Assembly: GCA_938023835.1 (NCBI GenBank)
Contig: CALJDF010000021.1
Location: 1 to 51,378, forward strand
DNA: 51,378 nucleotides
Source of the DNA: an uncultured Alphaproteobacteria bacterium
Lineage (GTDB): Bacteria > Pseudomonadota > Alphaproteobacteria > SHVP01
Direction: 5' to 3'
Numbering within the stretch: the stretch's first letter is position 1; each line of letters starts with the position of its first letter. Below are positions 9,079 through 16,737 of this stretch, piece by piece. Both the position numbers and the translations under genes were made by a program. A model generated the notes under the pieces. It did no database searches. It was not told where the DNA came from and was given only the letters and a program-made list of their open reading frames with translations.

Positions 9079-9150
9079 AACAGCTCTATTGCTGTGCATC
9101 GAAGCACATCCTATTTTCCATATCAACAACGAACACATGGAGCCGACGAG

Positions 9151-9450
9151 ATGACCGCTACGTACTTGGACAACGCCCCGACAAGCCGGCACAGCCCGGT
9201 CACGCGGGGTGACGTGGTGGATCACGTGGCTCATGCGGCTGCAGCGATCGCCCGTGCCTCCCTCCGGCCGGTCGCTGCGGTCGTCGCTTCCAACCGCGCC
9301 AAAGTCACCACGGCGCGACTTGCTGGCCTGGATCGGCGCCTTATGCGCGACATCGGGGTCAACCACCGCGACGAGGTTTTGCTGGCGGCCCAGCGTCGGC
9401 AAACGAACAAGCGTTTTTGGGACCGCCGAAAAGAACGGCCTGACGTTTAG
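9151..9450 (+). CDS. DUF1127 domain-containing small protein
   Basis: ATG at 9151 preceded by GGAG (9139-9142). Contains ARLAGLDRRLMRDIGVNHRDEV, which matches the DUF1127 signature (L..LD..L.DIG..R.E). Divergent from the LysR gene. Confidence 0.55.
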   Translation: MTATYLDNAPTSRHSPVTRGDVVDHVAHAAAAIARASLRPVAAVVASNRAKVTTARLAGLDRRLMRDIGVNHRDEVLLAAQRRQTNKRFWDRRKERPDV

Positions 9451-9478
9451 GCCCTCGGGCCGGGAAGTGAGGTACACC

Positions 9479-9751
9479 ATGAAAATGTTTCGCCGGTCTC
9501 TGTTGATCGCCGGACTCATTGGAGGGGTTGCGCTGTCGGCTTTGCCGGCCCACGCGCAAAACACGTGCTTCATTCGCGATCAGGCGATCGAGAACCTAAA
9601 GACGAGTTATGGCGAGGAAGTCGAGGCCCGTGGCCTGTCGAACGACGGCAAGGTCATGTTCGAACTCCTCACCAGCGAAGACGGCTCGTGGACGATGTTG
9701 ATGACCCACGCCGACGGCAAGACCTGCTTGGTCGGTTCGGGCCAATCGTGA
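9479..9751 (+). CDS. Small secreted hypothetical protein (signal peptide, two Cys)
   Basis: MKMFRRSLLIAGLIGGVALSALPAHA-QNTC is a Sec signal with an AHA-Q cleavage site. The mature part is about 65 aa with Cys in NTCF and KTCL. Confidence 0.6.
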   Translation: MKMFRRSLLIAGLIGGVALSALPAHAQNTCFIRDQAIENLKTSYGEEVEARGLSNDGKVMFELLTSEDGSWTMLMTHADGKTCLVGSGQS

Positions 9752-9812
9752 ACAGCGGTGACCGCGATGAAAGCCAAGGGTCCCGCGGTCTAAGGGCTGC
9801 GAACCCGGCGGG

Positions 9813-10823
9813 ATGGCGATGAACAAAGTGCTGACGGAGACCTCCCTGTCCGGAAGCACGGGCGCCATCCCGCCGATTTCTCCCCAACCGATCAAGATGC
9901 TGATCGACGGTGTCTGGCGCACCGATATCGTCGACACACCCGATTTGCGCCAGCGCCGCATGGACGAACGCAAACACTGGTTTCGCGACGTCATCAGCGC
10001 CGACCCGAAGGCCGCGTTCCCGGCCGAGGCCGGGCGCTATCATCTGTACGTTTCTTATGCCTGCCCATGGGCGCATCGCGCGATTCTGTATCGCCGCCTG
10101 AAGCGGCTGGAGGATGTCATCGCCATGTCGGTGCTGCATCCCAAATGGGGCGGCCCGCAGGGCTGGCGCTTCGGCGATACCGACATGAGCACGCCGGATT
10201 TGGTCGAAGACCGGCAGTATCTCTACGAGGTCTATCAGGCCTCGAAGGCCGATTTCACCGGTCGGGTCACGGTGCCGGTGCTGTACGACACCCAGACCAA
10301 ACGCATCGTCAACAACGAATCGCGCGAGATCATGCGCATGCTGGACGGCGCGTTCAATCACTGGGGCAAGGGCTGCCAGAATTTCTTCCCGCCCGACCTG
10401 CGCGACGGTATCGAGGCCATGAACGGACTCATTCTCAAGAACGTCGCCGAGGGCGTTTACCGGGCGGGCTTCGCCCAAAGCCAGGAACGTTACGACAAAG
10501 CCATCGCGGCGCTGTTCGACACCCTCGACGAGCTGGAAAAGCGGGTCGCGACACAATCGTTTTTGTTAGGCGACCGGGTTACTGAAAGCGACTGGCACTT
10601 GTTTCCGGTTCTGGTGCGATTCGACTTGGTCTATCACACCGTCTTGCGTTGCAGCCTGCGTCGGCTGGCCGACTACCCCGCACTGACTGCCTATTTGCAG
10701 AGGCTGTATCGGCTGCCGGGGATTGCGCAAACCGTCAAACCGGATCAGATCCGGCTGCACTACGACGAGCCCGAATTGCCGATCAATCCCAACATCATTC
10801 CCGTACCCGCCACGACCCACTAA
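9813..10823 (+). CDS. Glutathionyl-hydroquinone reductase (Xi-class GST, YqjG/ECM4 family)
   Basis: RYHLYVSYACPWAHRAILYRRLKRLE carries the CPWA active site. The roughly 330-aa length is typical of YqjG. Confidence 0.88.
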   Translation: MAMNKVLTETSLSGSTGAIPPISPQPIKMLIDGVWRTDIVDTPDLRQRRMDERKHWFRDVISADPKAAFPAEAGRYHLYVSYACPWAHRAILYRRLKRLEDVIAMSVLHPKWGGPQGWRFGDTDMSTPDLVEDRQYLYEVYQASKADFTGRVTVPVLYDTQTKRIVNNESREIMRMLDGAFNHWGKGCQNFFPPDLRDGIEAMNGLILKNVAEGVYRAGFAQSQERYDKAIAALFDTLDELEKRVATQSFLLGDRVTESDWHLFPVLVRFDLVYHTVLRCSLRRLADYPALTAYLQRLYRLPGIAQTVKPDQIRLHYDEPELPINPNIIPVPATTH

Positions 10824-10832
10824 ACTCGCCGC

Positions 10833-11183
10833 ATGATGGACGTCTACGGACTTAAGAACTGCGATACCTGCAAGAAGGCCACGATGTGGCTTTCCGAGCG
10901 CGGGATCGACTACGTTTTCCATGACGTGCGCGAAGAACCGCTCGACGCCAAGACGGTCGATGCGTGGCTGAAGGAACTCGGCAGCACCACCTTGGTCAAC
11001 CGGCGCAGCACGACATGGCGTGAGTTGGCGCTAGAACAAAAAGATGGCGCGGGCGCTGTGCCCGAGGCCGGCAAACTCATCCTCGAACACCCGGCATTGA
11101 TGAAGCGCCCGGTGTTCGATATCGGGCGCGAACGCCTGGTTGGCTTTACGCCCGAGATTCAAAAGGTGTTGAACAAGCTTTAG
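10833..11183 (+). CDS. ArsC/Spx family protein (YffB-like thiol reductase)
   Basis: N-terminal YGLKNCDTCKKA, LVNRRSTTWREL and a C-terminal HPALMKRPV. Length 116 aa. Confidence 0.82.
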   Translation: MMDVYGLKNCDTCKKATMWLSERGIDYVFHDVREEPLDAKTVDAWLKELGSTTLVNRRSTTWRELALEQKDGAGAVPEAGKLILEHPALMKRPVFDIGRERLVGFTPEIQKVLNKL

Positions 11184-11197
11184 CCTTGAAACGACGG

Positions 11198-11221
11198 TTA
11201 CCAGACTATACGTTCTGGTAA
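11198..11221. promoter_or_regulatory. Candidate TetR operator 1 (perfect 8-bp inverted repeat TTACCAGA-N8-TCTGGTAA abutting the tetR ATG)
   Basis: Read directly from the sequence. The right arm ends on the A of the ATG at 11221. Confidence 0.5.
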
Positions 11222-11802
11222 TGGCGCGACCAAAATCCTTCTCTCCCGACGCGGCGCTGGACAAGGCGATGGGCGTCTTTTGGCGCAAGGGCTTTGCCGA
11301 TTGTTCGATCGACGACCTGGTCGCGGCGTCCGGCGTGAGCCGCTATGGCCTCTACAGCACCTTCGGCGAAAAGGACGACCTCTACGCCGCCGCGTTGGAC
11401 CGCTATGCCGACGGGGTGATCGAGCCGTTGTTCGGGCCGCTTGAAAAAGAGGGCGCCGGGCTCGCCGATATCCACGCCTATTTCGACCGAGTCGTGGCCG
11501 CGGGCGAACGGCCGGAAGCGCGGTTTGGCTGCATGTTGTGCAACACCGTGGGCGAGGCCGACGACATCAGCGCCCCGGTCGCGCGGCGGGTTGCGCAGTT
11601 TCTCGATCGCCTTCGCTTTGGGTTTCTTCGCGCTTTGGAAAACGCCAAACGCGACGGCGACCTTGCCGCGACCACCGACCCAAAGGAAATGGCCGATTAC
11701 CTCGTCGGGGTTGTGCAGGGGATCAGCGCCTATGCCCAAGCCCCGGTCCCGCGCGAGGCAGTTCACAACTTCCTGCGATTGGCTGTGGCCGCCGTCAAAT
11801 AG
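11221..11802 (+). CDS. TetR/AcrR family transcriptional regulator
   Basis: N-terminal HTH KAMGVFWRKGFADCSIDDLVAASGVSRYGLYSTFGEKDDLY, followed by a helical C-terminal ligand domain. Confidence 0.88.
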   Translation: MARPKSFSPDAALDKAMGVFWRKGFADCSIDDLVAASGVSRYGLYSTFGEKDDLYAAALDRYADGVIEPLFGPLEKEGAGLADIHAYFDRVVAAGERPEARFGCMLCNTVGEADDISAPVARRVAQFLDRLRFGFLRALENAKRDGDLAATTDPKEMADYLVGVVQGISAYAQAPVPREAVHNFLRLAVAAVK

Positions 11803-11816
11803 TTTTGTTTTGCCTA

Positions 11817-11837
11817 TTCCAGAACATTCGTTCTGAA
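11817..11837. promoter_or_regulatory. Candidate TetR operator 2 (TTCCAGAAC-ATTC-GTTCTGAA) upstream of the SRPBCC gene
   Basis: Imperfect palindrome that shares the CCAGA(A/C) half-site with operator 1. It sits 23 nt upstream of the ATG at 11860; an AAAGGAG RBS is at 11846-11852. Confidence 0.45.
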
Positions 11838-11859
11838 TTACTGAAAAGGAGCAAGCACC

Positions 11860-12345
11860 ATGGGAACTATCACCGTCACCAAGACCCTCAACGTCGATGC
11901 CGCCCGGGCCTGGGCCGCATTGGCCGATTTCGGCAACATCGCCCACTTTCACCCCGGCCTATCGGGCTCGCACCTGCTCGACGGGTCGGCCAATGCCGGC
12001 GTCGGCGCGGAACGGCGCTGCGACCTCAAGGACAAGAACTACTTGGTCGAGCGGGTGCGCGATTGGAAAGACGGATCTTCTTAAACCGTCGATATCATCG
12101 ATTCGTCGATGCCCTTGCGCAGCGCGACCGCCACCCTCAGCGTCCGGGCCATCGACAATCAACGCAGCGAGGCAGCCATGACCGTCGATATGACGATGAA
12201 GTTCGGGCTTCTGGGCGTTGTGATGGAGATCCTGATGGCGCGGCCGACGATGAAGCGCACGATGGTGAGCATCCTCGACGGGCTTGATCAATTCGCCGGC
12301 GCGTCGGCGGCGCCGCCCGTTGAGACGGCCGCAGCCACCGCCTAG
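11860..12345 (+). pseudogene. SRPBCC (START/polyketide-cyclase-like) family gene interrupted by an in-frame TAA
   Basis: ORFs 11860-12084 and 12109-12345 are in the same frame and are separated only by a TAA at 12082-12084. Read-through gives ...RVRDWKDGSS*TVDIIDSSMPLRSATATLSVRAID..., a contiguous SRPBCC-like fold of about 160 aa. Confidence 0.6.
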
Positions 12346-12374
12346 GTCATACCTGCGACTGGGCGCGGCTGCCG

Positions 12375-13628
12375 CTAGGTGTTCATCGAGTCGAAGAACT
12401 CGTCGTTGTTCTTGGTTGCCTTGAGTTTGTCGAGCAAGAACTCCATCGCGTCGGTCGTGCCCATCGGCATCAAGATGCGGCGCAACACCCACATCTTCGA
12501 CAGCGTGCCCTTGTCGACCAGCAGTTCTTCGCGGCGGGTGCCCGACTTGGTGATGTCGAGCGCCGGGAAGGTGCGTTTGTCGGCAAGCTTGCGATCGAGA
12601 ATGATTTCCGAGTTACCGGTGCCCTTGAATTCTTCGAAGATCACCTCGTCCATGCGGCTGCCGGTATCGATCAGCGCGGTGGCGATGATGGTCAGCGAAC
12701 CGCCCTCTTCGATGTTACGGGCCGCGCCAAAGAAGCACTTGGGGCGTTGCAGTGCGTTGGCGTCGACGCCACCCGTGAGCACCTTGCCCGACGAGGGCAC
12801 AACGCTGTTGTAGGCGCGCGCGAGACGGGTGATCGAATCCAACAAGATCACGACGTCGCGCTGGTGTTCGACGAGGCGCTTGGCTTTTTCGATCACCATC
12901 TCGGCCACCTGCACGTGGCGCACGGCAGGTTCGTCGAAGGTCGAACTGATGACCTCGCCTTTGACCGAGCGGTCCATGTCGGTCACTTCTTCGGGCCGCT
13001 CGTCGATCAGCAGCACGATGAGATAGACCTCGGGATGGTTCGAGGTAATCGAATGCGCCACGTTTTGCAGCAGCATCGTTTTACCGGTGCGCGGCGGCGA
13101 CACGATCAGACCGCGCTGGCCCTTGCCGAGCGGCGAAATCAAATCGATGACGCGACACGACGGATCGGCTTTGGGATCTTCGCGCTCGAGGGTCAGGCGC
13201 TCTTCGGGATAAAGCGGGGTGAGGTTGTCGAAGTTGAGCTTGTGGCGGCTCTTTTCGGGTTCCTCGAAATTGATCGCCGAGACCTTGAGCAGGGCAAAGT
13301 AGCGCTCGCCCTCTTTGGGGGCGCGTATTTCGCCTTCGACGGTATCGCCGGTGCGAATGCTAAAGCGCCGGATCTGGCTCGGACTGACATAGATGTCGTC
13401 GGGCCCGGCGAGGTAGTTCGATTCGGGCGAGCGGAGAAATCCGAAGCCGTCCTGGAGAACCTCGAGAACCCCGATGCCGGTGATCTCGACGTCTTTCTCA
13501 GCGAGCTGTTTGAGAATCGCGAACATCATGTCTTGCTTGCGCAAGGTGCTCGCGTTTTCGACCTCTAGCTCCTCGGCGTAGGCGAGCAGATCGGTCGGAG
13601 ATTTGGCCTTTAGTTCCTGGAGATTCAT
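12375..13628 (-). CDS. rho: Transcription termination factor Rho
   Basis: [27 protein letters not shown], the RNA-binding domain, and Walker [20 protein letters not shown]. Length 417 aa. Confidence 0.98.
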   Translation of the reverse strand: MNLQELKAKSPTDLLAYAEELEVENASTLRKQDMMFAILKQLAEKDVEITGIGVLEVLQDGFGFLRSPESNYLAGPDDIYVSPSQIRRFSIRTGDTVEGEIRAPKEGERYFALLKVSAINFEEPEKSRHKLNFDNLTPLYPEERLTLEREDPKADPSCRVIDLISPLGKGQRGLIVSPPRTGKTMLLQNVAHSITSNHPEVYLIVLLIDERPEEVTDMDRSVKGEVISSTFDEPAVRHVQVAEMVIEKAKRLVEHQRDVVILLDSITRLARAYNSVVPSSGKVLTGGVDANALQRPKCFFGAARNIEEGGSLTIIATALIDTGSRMDEVIFEEFKGTGNSEIILDRKLADKRTFPALDITKSGTRREELLVDKGTLSKMWVLRRILMPMGTTDAMEFLLDKLKATKNNDEFFDSMNT

Positions 13629-13827
13629 GTGATCTCTATTTTTTCAGTCTACGAAGGGAGCGGCGAGGGCTGACTAACTTGATCTCGAATGCGGCCGAAT
13701 GGGCCGGGGAAAGCAAGTCAGCGTCGCTGGAGGTGGGGTGGGCCCCAGTAACCGGGGCCTTCTGAGGGCCGAAGGATTGTCGAAACCCCCGACGAAGTCA
13801 AATGAAGATTGCGGCGGGGTCTGCGCC

Positions 13828-14274
13828 CTAGAACGGTTTGGTCACGATCATGATCACGATGATCACCATCAGGACCGTCGGTACCTCGTTGACCCGTTTG
13901 TAAAAGCGGCGCGAATGGCGGTTCACGTCCTTCTCGAAATCGCGGCGCCAGCGCGACAGGTTGCCGTGAAACCAAAACATCGCCGTCAGGGCCGCAACCT
14001 TGACCCACACCCAGCCGGTCGCCAAATCGACAATGCCGGGGGTCAGGGCCAACAAAACCCCGAAGACCACCGCCGAGATCATCGCCGGATTGATGATGCC
14101 GCGCAGCAAGCGGCGCTCCATCACCTTGAAGGTCTCGGACTGCACCGAGCCCGGTTCGGCGTCGGCGTGATAGACGTAAAGCCGCGGCAAATAGAGCATG
14201 CCCGCCATCCAGGCGATCACCGAAATGATGTGCAGCGCTTTGATCCAGAGATAGGCATCCGTCAGGACCGTCAT
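13828..14274 (-). CDS. hemJ: Protoporphyrinogen IX oxidase HemJ (CopD-like, UPF0093)
   Basis: LWIKALHIISVIAWMAGMLYLPRLYVYH with four TM helices. The ATG at 14274 overlaps the hemH stop (ATGA). Confidence 0.85.
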   Translation of the reverse strand: MTVLTDAYLWIKALHIISVIAWMAGMLYLPRLYVYHADAEPGSVQSETFKVMERRLLRGIINPAMISAVVFGVLLALTPGIVDLATGWVWVKVAALTAMFWFHGNLSRWRRDFEKDVNRHSRRFYKRVNEVPTVLMVIIVIMIVTKPF

Positions 14275-15308
14275 GCCGCCGCCCCCATGGCGACCGGACA
14301 GCCGGCATGGCCCGACGGGCACAGGCGACCCCCGCCATGGCTACACAAGGCCGGATCGTTGCGCGATGCCATCGCGGTGACGATGTCTTGCAGTGCCTCG
14401 ACAAACGCTGGCTGCGTGCCCAGCGCCGGAACCCGGATGTAGCGCGGCACGCCTGCATCGTCGGCGAGCGCACGGTACTCGATATCCAATTCGACCAAGG
14501 TCTCGGAATGCTCGGAGACAAACGCGATGGGCACCACGATAAGGCCCGTGCCGTCGCGCCCGGCCGCTTTGATTTCATCTTCGGTGGCGGGCCCGACCCA
14601 TTTCAACGGGCCGACCCTACTTTGGAAACAAACCCGCCACTGGGTGTCGTCGAGACCGACCGCGGCGGCGATCGCGGCGGCACCTTGTTCCACTTGCCAA
14701 ACGTAGGGATCGCCGCTTTCGACGATGCGTTCGGGCAACCCGTGCGCCGAGAACAACACTCGGACCGGTTGGTCGGGCGTTTCCGCCAGCGCGTCTTTGA
14801 TGAGCGCCGCATAGCCTGCGACGAAACCGGATGCCGTGGGATAGCAGCACACCGCCCGGGTCGGCACCGAGAGGCCGACGGCGCGCGCGGCCTTGTGCCA
14901 GGCATCGAGCGAGGACTGCGTCGTGGTGGTCGAGAATTGCGGATAGAGCGGCAGTAGCAAGACGTGATCGGCACCCCATTCTTTGACGTCGCGCGCGGTT
15001 TGATCGCTCATCGGATGCCAGTAGCGCATTGCGATGAACACGCGCATCTCCGGGTTGCCGAGTGCATCCGTCAGCGCCGCAGCTTGTTTCTCGGTTTCCG
15101 GCAGGATCGGGGAGCGGCCACCGATCTCGCGGTAGATCTCGGCAGCCGTGGGCGCCCGCCGTCGCGCGATCAACGACGCGAGCAGCGGTCGGATCGGCCA
15201 CGGCACCCGCAAGATCGCCGGATCGCCAAACAGATTGCGTAGGAAGCCGCGCACCGCCTCGGGCCGATCGGGCCCACCCAAATTGAACAGGACAACAGCT
15301 GTCTTCAT
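14271..15308 (-). CDS. hemH: Ferrochelatase
   Basis: MKTAVVLFNLGGPD, LLPLYPQFSTTT and AFVSEHSETLVELD. There is a C-terminal Cys-rich tail, CSHGGGRLCPSGHAGC. Confidence 0.95.
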   Translation of the reverse strand: MKTAVVLFNLGGPDRPEAVRGFLRNLFGDPAILRVPWPIRPLLASLIARRRAPTAAEIYREIGGRSPILPETEKQAAALTDALGNPEMRVFIAMRYWHPMSDQTARDVKEWGADHVLLLPLYPQFSTTTTQSSLDAWHKAARAVGLSVPTRAVCCYPTASGFVAGYAALIKDALAETPDQPVRVLFSAHGLPERIVESGDPYVWQVEQGAAAIAAAVGLDDTQWRVCFQSRVGPLKWVGPATEDEIKAAGRDGTGLIVVPIAFVSEHSETLVELDIEYRALADDAGVPRYIRVPALGTQPAFVEALQDIVTAMASRNDPALCSHGGGRLCPSGHAGCPVAMGAAA

Positions 15309-16336
15309 GGGGCCGAGCGTACCGCGTCGACCAACGCCGCGACATGCTCCGGCGGCGTGTGCGGCAAGATGCCGTGTCCCAAGTTGAAGACGAATGGACC
15401 GTCCTTGAAGGCCGACACGATGCGGCGGATCTCGTTGGTCATGGCCGTGCCGCCGGCAACCAGCATCAACGGATCAAGATTGCCTTGCACCGTGCACTGG
15501 TTCTGGATGGCTTGCCGCGCCCAGCCCACCGGCACGGCACTGTCGAGACCAACGGCCTGAACCCCGGTGCGCGCCGCATAGTCAGCCAAGGCCAAACCGG
15601 CGCCGCGGGGAAACCCGATCACCGGTACATCGGGATGGGATTCGCGCAGCGCCGCGACGATGCGGTGCGCCGGTTCGATACACCACCGCGCAAAGGCCGT
15701 TTCCGGCAACGCACTGGCCCAGGTATCGAACAGCTGCACGGCCTCGGCACCGGCATCGATCTGGCGCGCCAAATACGCAATCGTCGCCTCGGTAATCAGG
15801 TCGATCAGCCGGCCGAATTCTTCGGGGTCGCGAAATGCCCAGACCTTGGTGTTTTCGAAATTGCGGCTGCCCCCGCCTTCGACCATGTAGGTCGCAACGG
15901 TCCATGGCGCCCCCGCAAACCCGATCAACGCCGTCTTGCTATCCAGGTGACCGCGCACCCGCTCGACGGTCTCATAGATCGGTTCTAGGCGATCGTGTAG
16001 GCCATCCATGGCGAGACCGGCCAAGGCTTGGCCATCACGAATTGGATCGAGGATCGGCCCTTCGCCCTCGGCAAACCGCAGGTCTTGGCCAAGGGCCTGG
16101 GGGATCAGCAAGATGTCGGCAAACAAGATCGCTGCGTCGAACCCGAACCGCCGGATCGGCTGCAAGGTAACGTCGGCGGCGCGTACCGGGTCGTAACACA
16201 AATCGAGAAAGCTGCCGGCCTCGGCGCGTAGGGCGCGATACTCGGGCAGATAGCGCCCGGCTTGCCGCATCAGCCAAATCGGTGGCACCGCCTGAACATC
16301 GCCGGTCAGGGCGCAAAGAAAGGGCTTTGATGTCAT
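15305..16336 (-). CDS. hemE: Uroporphyrinogen decarboxylase
   Basis: PPIWLMRQAGRYLPEYR and FNLGHGI motifs. Start taken at the ATG at 16336 (the ORF track starts at a TTG two codons upstream). The stop overlaps the hemH start (ATGA). Confidence 0.95.
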   Translation of the reverse strand: MTSKPFLCALTGDVQAVPPIWLMRQAGRYLPEYRALRAEAGSFLDLCYDPVRAADVTLQPIRRFGFDAAILFADILLIPQALGQDLRFAEGEGPILDPIRDGQALAGLAMDGLHDRLEPIYETVERVRGHLDSKTALIGFAGAPWTVATYMVEGGGSRNFENTKVWAFRDPEEFGRLIDLITEATIAYLARQIDAGAEAVQLFDTWASALPETAFARWCIEPAHRIVAALRESHPDVPVIGFPRGAGLALADYAARTGVQAVGLDSAVPVGWARQAIQNQCTVQGNLDPLMLVAGGTAMTNEIRRIVSAFKDGPFVFNLGHGILPHTPPEHVAALVDAVRSAP

Positions 16337-16360
16337 GGGCAAATCGAACCAACGTTGTCT

Positions 16361-16390
16361 CTACTCTTATATACAGAATTATAAGAATCT
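16361..16390. other. AT-rich patch, candidate DNA unwinding element
   Basis: ctactcttatatacagaattataagaatct has 23 A/T in 30 bp, within a GC-rich window. Confidence 0.4.
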
Positions 16391-16407
16391 GTAGTGGTTG
16401 TAGTGGT
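16390..16407. repeat. Perfect tandem direct repeat TGTAGTGGT x2
   Basis: Read directly: 16390-16398 and 16399-16407 are identical. Confidence 0.9.
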
Positions 16408-16418
16408 GCGCTGAGTCC

Positions 16419-16427
16419 TGGGGATAA
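16419..16427 (-). promoter_or_regulatory. DnaA-box-like 9-mer TTATCCCCA
   Basis: Reverse complement of tggggataa. One mismatch to TTATCCACA. Confidence 0.5.
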
Positions 16428-16500
16428 GAAACTGTCCCCAAAGTTTACTGTTACACACAGCGTGCTGTGGGCGATGCGGACGAGCGGGACAACTAGCTGC

Positions 16501-16509
16501 TTATCCCGA
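16501..16509 (+). promoter_or_regulatory. DnaA-box-like 9-mer TTATCCCGA
   Basis: Two mismatches to TTATCCACA. Shares the TTATCCC core with the other two boxes. Confidence 0.45.
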
Positions 16510-16549
16510 CCAAGCGGTCGTTTGGAGGTGCTGTGAATTGGGTGAGTGG

Positions 16550-16558
16550 TTGGGATAA
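16550..16558 (-). promoter_or_regulatory. DnaA-box-like 9-mer TTATCCCAA
   Basis: Reverse complement of ttgggataa. Two mismatches to TTATCCACA. Confidence 0.45.
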
Positions 16559-16737
16559 GTCGGGTCGAGAAAGCTGCCCGGAAAGTTGTCCGATGCCGCG
16601 TATAAAATTCTTCCACGTGGCCAAACCGTTCTCATCGAATCCCTGGCATCGGGGAGGAAACACCCGCCCGCCGTGGGTCTGTTGATTGTCCGGTCGTTTC
16701 ATCATACTTGTGCACAGCTTTTGGCCCGGGAGCAGCG

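Larger units (their letters stand above)
16337..16737. other. Putative chromosomal replication origin (oriC, Caulobacter Cori-type location)
   Basis: Non-coding gap between divergent hemE and the DUF299-maf-aroE-coaE-dnaQ string. It holds three TTATCCC DnaA-like boxes, an AT-rich patch and GANTC sites, and flanking gene strands switch here. Confidence 0.6.

Noticed and set aside
16337-16737. CtrA boxes (TTAA-N7-TTAA) in the putative origin, as in Caulobacter Cori
   Set aside because: I found no TTAA tetramer at all in this interval, so I make no CtrA-control claim.
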